Below are positions 28,924-32,000 of a stretch of DNA of 32,000 bases, in pieces (position 1 is the stretch's first letter; the number at the start of each line of letters is the position of its first letter). A program made the position numbers and the translations under genes. The notes beneath the pieces were generated by a model. That model was not told the origin of the DNA. It was given only the letters and a program-made list of their open reading frames with translations, and did no database searches. Source of the stretch: an uncultured Chloroflexia bacterium (GTDB taxonomy: Bacteria; Chloroflexota; Ktedonobacteria; Ktedonobacterales; JADMIN01). The stretch lies in NCBI GenBank assembly GCA_963718915.1, contig CAVRAI010000015.1:870001-902000 (forward strand), written 5' to 3'.

Positions 28924-29010
28924 CCGCAGGCTAAAGACCTGCGGCTAATCCTGGTCGTTAAGTATACTTGCTCATGGTGTGTGAGTACGTCGGGGCAGGA
29001 TTAGCTGCGG
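28924..29010. repeat. Nested inverted repeats downstream of the MFS gene
   Basis: CCGCAGG-ctaaaga-CCTGCGG (28924-28944). GCTAATCCTG (28944-28953) pairs with CAGGATTAGC (28996-29005). The central 10-bp palindrome AAGTATACTT is at 28960-28969. Confidence 0.5.
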
Positions 29011-29020
29011 CATTATGTGG

Positions 29021-29141
29021 TTTTAGAAATACCCCCGTACCGCGTGCTGGGCTAGGCGTGCCGGAGCCTGCCAGCACATGGGCCAGAGAGGCCGGGAAAT
29101 TCGCCGTAGCGTTCACGCTACGGCCTGCTCACCCCACCGCC
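29021..29141. repeat. Second, rearranged copy of the modular repeat seen at 25900-26095
   Basis: Shared modules: AGAAATACC(c/t)CCG(t/a)AC; GAGCCTGCC (9/9); GGGAAATTCGCC (12/12); GCCGTAGCG-ttca-CGCTACGGC (20/22); CGCTACGGCCTGCTC (15/15 with 26069-26083); CTCACCCCA. Confidence 0.6.
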
Positions 29142-29194
29142 ATGCCCGTGTCCGTCGCACATGCGAAAACGACATCATGCCGCGAAGTAGCCCA

Positions 29195-30025
29195 TCATTT
29201 CACGCCTCCGCCTGCCTGTTCCGCGTCGGCGGGCTGTTCGGGTGCGGGCACATCTTCCGCCTCGCCGGGGTAGAGTCCCATGCCTGAGGCGGGGCCAAGT
29301 TCCGACTCCGGCGCAGCCAGCCGCTCCGCCTTGCAAGTGAGCGCGTGGCAGATCAGCTCCGCCGCCTCGTCGAGCGAGAGAATCGCGGTATTGATTGTCA
29401 CGTCATAGCGGACGGGGTCGTCGGGCTGGAGGTGATACTGCGTCTGGACGTAGCGCCTGCGGCCGTTATCCTTCAACGTGATGCGCTTGCGGGCGTTCGC
29501 CTCGTCCAGCCCCTCGCGCCGCGCTACGTAGGCGATACGCTGCTCCAGCGGGGCGATGACATACGCCCGCAACACGTCGCGTCTGCCTTCGAGCAGCGCG
29601 CTCGCGCCCCGGCCAACGATCACCGACTGTCCCTCTTCAACCGCCAACTCGATCACCCGGTGCAGCGCATTCTGATACAGCCGCTCGCGCGTGGCGGGCG
29701 ACGGTGAGGGCGGCACATTCTCGACCATGCTCGGATACATCAGCGACATGCTGTTGAGCGCGCGCAAAATGAATCCCTCGGTATGTTCGTCGAGGTCTTC
29801 GGCCTCTTCCTCAGTAATATGCAGCTCGTGGGCCACCTGGACGATGACTTCGTGGTCAATCAGCCGCCAGCCCAGCCGCTTTGCGATCCGTTGCGCGACC
29901 TCGCCGCCACCGCTGCCATAGAGCCGCGCAACGGTGATCGCCCGCATGCCGCCCGTTTGCGTCGCCTGTGCTGTCTGTGTCGCCTGTGTCGCCTGTGTCG
30001 TGACCTTTCCTTCCGACTCTGTCAT
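29195..30025 (-). CDS. Cytidylate-kinase-like family protein (PF13189-type)
   Basis: MRAITVARLYGSGGGEVAQRIAKRLGWRLIDHEVI... is typical of the family. It has an N-terminal (TQA)n extension and an acidic/Pro-rich C-terminal tail. ATG 30025 is preceded by GGAGAGGG. An alternative start is ATG 29947. Confidence 0.8.
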   Translation of the reverse strand: MTESEGKVTTQATQATQTAQATQTGGMRAITVARLYGSGGGEVAQRIAKRLGWRLIDHEVIVQVAHELHITEEEAEDLDEHTEGFILRALNSMSLMYPSMVENVPPSPSPATRERLYQNALHRVIELAVEEGQSVIVGRGASALLEGRRDVLRAYVIAPLEQRIAYVARREGLDEANARKRITLKDNGRRRYVQTQYHLQPDDPVRYDVTINTAILSLDEAAELICHALTCKAERLAAPESELGPASGMGLYPGEAEDVPAPEQPADAEQAGGGVK

Positions 30026-30153
30026 AGGACCCTCTCCTGTGCTGAACGCCTCCACGTTTCAGTGCATCCATGCGTCAGAGTGCCAGTGGATAGTCCCGTT
30101 AGCTGCATTGTAGCAGAAAAAGCGGGCAACAGTGGCCGAATGGTCGTCTGACT

Positions 30154-30182
30154 TTGACGGGCCGCCTCTCGCATGCTACACT
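30154..30182 (+). promoter_or_regulatory. Sigma70-like promoter candidate for the ParA-type gene
   Basis: TTGACG (30154-30159), 17 nt, TACACT (30177-30182), about 60 nt upstream of ATG 30244. Confidence 0.4.
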
Positions 30183-30243
30183 GGCGCCCGGCGCTGGAGT
30201 ATCTGGCGCGGCAGCGAGACACATCTGCCCTGGAGGATCGGTT

Positions 30244-31029
30244 ATGATCGCGATCTGTATCGCCAATAATAAAGGTGGCGTCGGCAAGACGACGACCGCC
30301 GTCAATCTGGCCGCTGGCCTGGCGCGCCTCAATCAGCGCGTGCTGGTGATCGATCTGGATGGGCAGGCGAACGCTACCTACGCGCTGACCGGCCGGGTGC
30401 ATCCCGTGCCGTCGATCTACGATGTGCTGGTTGGCACACGCCAGCTCGATACCGTCCTCTGGCAGACCAACGAAGAGAACGTCTGGCTTGTTCCCGCCGA
30501 TGGCCGTCTGCAACACGCAGATGTCGAATTGGCGGCGCGTCCGGGGCGTGAGTTCCGGCTGGCGCGGGTGCTCTCCGGGCTGGACTACGACTACATCATC
30601 ATCGATACGCCGCCGTCGCTTGGTGTGCTCACTCAGAACGCGCTGGCCGCCGCGACCGACGTGCTGATACCAATCGGGTTGACCGAATTCAGCGTGATCG
30701 GCATGGATAAACTAGAATCCAGCATCGACGACCTGCGTGATGGACTGAATCTGCCCGACCTGGAGATTCTCGGCGTCTTTGCCACGTTCTACGAGGATAC
30801 AACGACCTCACGCGAGACCTGGAGCCTGCTGGAGAAGAAGTTCGAGGGGCGGCTGCTGGAGACGCGCATTCCCAAGAACCTTGATCTGGAGAAGGCGCAC
30901 CGGGCGAATGAGAGCGTCCTGAGCTACGCGCCCGCCAGCAGCGGCGGCCAGGCGTATGCGCAGCTTGCCCGCGAGGTGAAGAAGCTGGCCTCGGCTCATG
31001 CGCGTGGCCACGCGCGCCGCCACGCATAG
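30244..31029 (+). CDS. parA: ParA/Soj-type (ParA/MinD superfamily) P-loop ATPase
   Basis: Deviant Walker A in MIAICIANNKGGVGKTTTAVNLAAGLA, plus VLVIDLDGQANAT and YDYIIIDTPPSLG. GGAGGA lies upstream of ATG 30244. Confidence 0.9.
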   Translation: MIAICIANNKGGVGKTTTAVNLAAGLARLNQRVLVIDLDGQANATYALTGRVHPVPSIYDVLVGTRQLDTVLWQTNEENVWLVPADGRLQHADVELAARPGREFRLARVLSGLDYDYIIIDTPPSLGVLTQNALAAATDVLIPIGLTEFSVIGMDKLESSIDDLRDGLNLPDLEILGVFATFYEDTTTSRETWSLLEKKFEGRLLETRIPKNLDLEKAHRANESVLSYAPASSGGQAYAQLAREVKKLASAHARGHARRHA

Positions 31030-31070
31030 TGAGGGTTGGGGTTCGCGTTGAAAGCGGAGTAGGGGAGATC

Positions 31071-31607
31071 ATGCCTGCCAGGCAATCGCGAAAGTCCGCG
31101 CGGAAACCGACGCCAGTGACCGCACAGACGGGTGACTCGTCTGACACCGGGGAGATGCTCAGCCCTGAAGAGTTGGCTCGCGCGTTGCGGGCGATGGCAA
31201 CCGAGCTAGAGCGCGATCCCGCGCTGGCTCGTCGAGTCGCGGGCGCGATGCGCGCGCCGGTCGTCGCTAGGCCACCAGTAATCGCGGACGTTGTGCCCGA
31301 CGCTATGGGCGAGGAGCCATCGCAACCGTCGCGGACAGCACGGCGCGCGGGCAAAGCGTTCAAACCGCGGCTGGTGGTTGGCGCTGCCCCGGAGCTCGGA
31401 ACCGGAATCCCGGATCCCTTCGCGCTGCGCGAGCAGTCGGGTGAGGATGGTCTGCGAGACGCGCTGGCGGATTTGCGGCTGGGGACATTGCGAGCCATCG
31501 TCCGGGAGCACAAGCTTGATCCGTCGGGCAAGCTGGCGGGGCAGAACGACGACGCGAAGTATCGCGCGTTGATTCTGCGGGCCACGAAGCGGGCCAAACG
31601 CGGCTGA
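31071..31607 (+). CDS. Hypothetical protein; candidate partner/adaptor of the upstream ParA-type ATPase
   Basis: 178 aa, starting 41 nt after the parA stop, with GGGGAG upstream of the ATG. Basic N-terminus MPARQSRKSARKP, Ala/Pro/Arg-rich middle and basic C-terminus ...LRAIVREHKLDPSGKL...YRALILRATKRAKRG. No ParB motif recognised. Confidence 0.6.
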   Translation: MPARQSRKSARKPTPVTAQTGDSSDTGEMLSPEELARALRAMATELERDPALARRVAGAMRAPVVARPPVIADVVPDAMGEEPSQPSRTARRAGKAFKPRLVVGAAPELGTGIPDPFALREQSGEDGLRDALADLRLGTLRAIVREHKLDPSGKLAGQNDDAKYRALILRATKRAKRG

Positions 31608-31648
31608 AGAACGCAGAAAACAAGACGATGGGTCAGTCCCGCTCGCGA

Positions 31649-31678
31649 TTGACAGGCACGAGGCCGCGCGGGTATAAT
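31649..31678 (+). promoter_or_regulatory. Consensus sigma70 promoter for rpmH
   Basis: TTGACA (31649-31654), 18 nt, TATAAT (31673-31678), 40 nt upstream of the rpmH ATG. Confidence 0.6.
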
Positions 31679-31718
31679 AATTCAGCATATCTTGTGGAAA
31701 GGGTACGATACAACTGAT

Positions 31719-31856
31719 ATGAAGCGAACCTGGCAGCCAAAGCGCATTCCGCGGAAGCGCGAACATGGCTTTATGAAACGGATGAGCTCGAAGGCGGGAC
31801 GGAAGGTCCTCAAAGCCCGCCGTCTCAAGGGGCGCTGGCGCCTGACTGTCGTCTAA
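31719..31856 (+). CDS. rpmH: 50S ribosomal protein L34
   Basis: Hand translation gives [45 protein letters not shown], then stop. This is the L34 consensus pattern. At 45 aa it is too short for the supplied ORF track. Confidence 0.93.
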   Translation: MKRTWQPKRIPRKREHGFMKRMSSKAGRKVLKARRLKGRWRLTVV

Positions 31857-32000
31857 AGATTGGGCAGGCTCTGTGTCGAGTGCGTCTCATGCCAAACGCG
31901 CATCCGGGGTGCCGGGTCGTTTGCTGCACGAGGCGCATTTTGCGTGCTTTATAGCATCGTAGCTTGAGCGTCGTGCAATTGGCGTAGTGAACCTACACTG

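Noticed and set aside
30085-30093. DnaA-box-like 9-mer AGTGGATAG near parA/rpmH, raising the idea of an origin
   Set aside because: It is a single 7/9 match with no cluster of boxes and no AT-rich unwinding element. That is insufficient to call oriC.
30689-31597. 302-aa ORF on the minus strand
   Set aside because: It is antisense to the parA 3' end and the partner gene. It is Ser/Arg/Pro/Ala-rich with no SD. It competes with the partner ORF. I favour the plus-strand gene because of its SD, its spacing after parA and its more protein-like termini, but this is the least certain coding call in the window.
31938-31965. Possible rpmH terminator (GCACG ... CGTGC followed by TTTAT)
   Set aside because: It has only a 5-bp stem with a 12-nt loop and a weak T-tract, which is not convincing.

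Overview
GC-rich (about 60% or more by eye) bacterial chromosomal window. It holds about 27 protein genes on both strands plus one frameshifted gene and one decayed gene remnant. I found no rRNA, tRNA, CRISPR array, transposase, integrase or phage genes. Gene order, left to right: 3' end of a hypothetical protein; family-4 uracil-DNA glycosylase; IMPase-family phosphatase; receiver/thioredoxin-reductase-like flavoprotein; alpha/beta hydrolase; DUF4386 membrane protein; decayed SDR remnant; quinone-oxidoreductase-like MDR gene with divergent TetR regulator; YcaQ/AlkZ-type DNA glycosylase; acyl-CoA synthetase; membrane-anchored hypothetical protein; an ECF sigma module flanked by two single-pass beta-propeller proteins; glyoxylate shunt aceA-aceB with divergent LysR regulator; aldo/keto reductase; J-domain/2TM/zincin fusion; class B PBP; frameshifted ispF; HxlR regulator with divergent MFS transporter; cytidylate-kinase-like protein; ParA-type ATPase with an unrecognisable partner; rpmH (absent from the ORF track). 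I do not see a convincing self-contained novel multi-gene system such as a defence island, biosynthetic cluster or mobile element. The leads worth a second look are: (1) ParA plus a basic-tailed non-ParB partner next to rpmH; (2) a promoter-leader-intrinsic-terminator arrangement upstream of the TetR-linked reductase; (3) the ECF sigma module with a BNR propeller and a divergent PD40 propeller; (4) the J-domain-zincin fusion; (5) a modular palindromic repeat family filling two intergenic regions; (6) a +1 frameshift in ispF; (7) a receiver/TrxR-like protein lacking both the phospho-acceptor Asp and the CxxC. Many long ORFs in the track are antisense shadows typical of high-GC DNA. Starts were re-picked by hand from SD-like motifs and carry uncertainty. 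Taxon cannot be established; the protein repertoire loosely suggests Chloroflexota or Actinobacteria, which is inference only.
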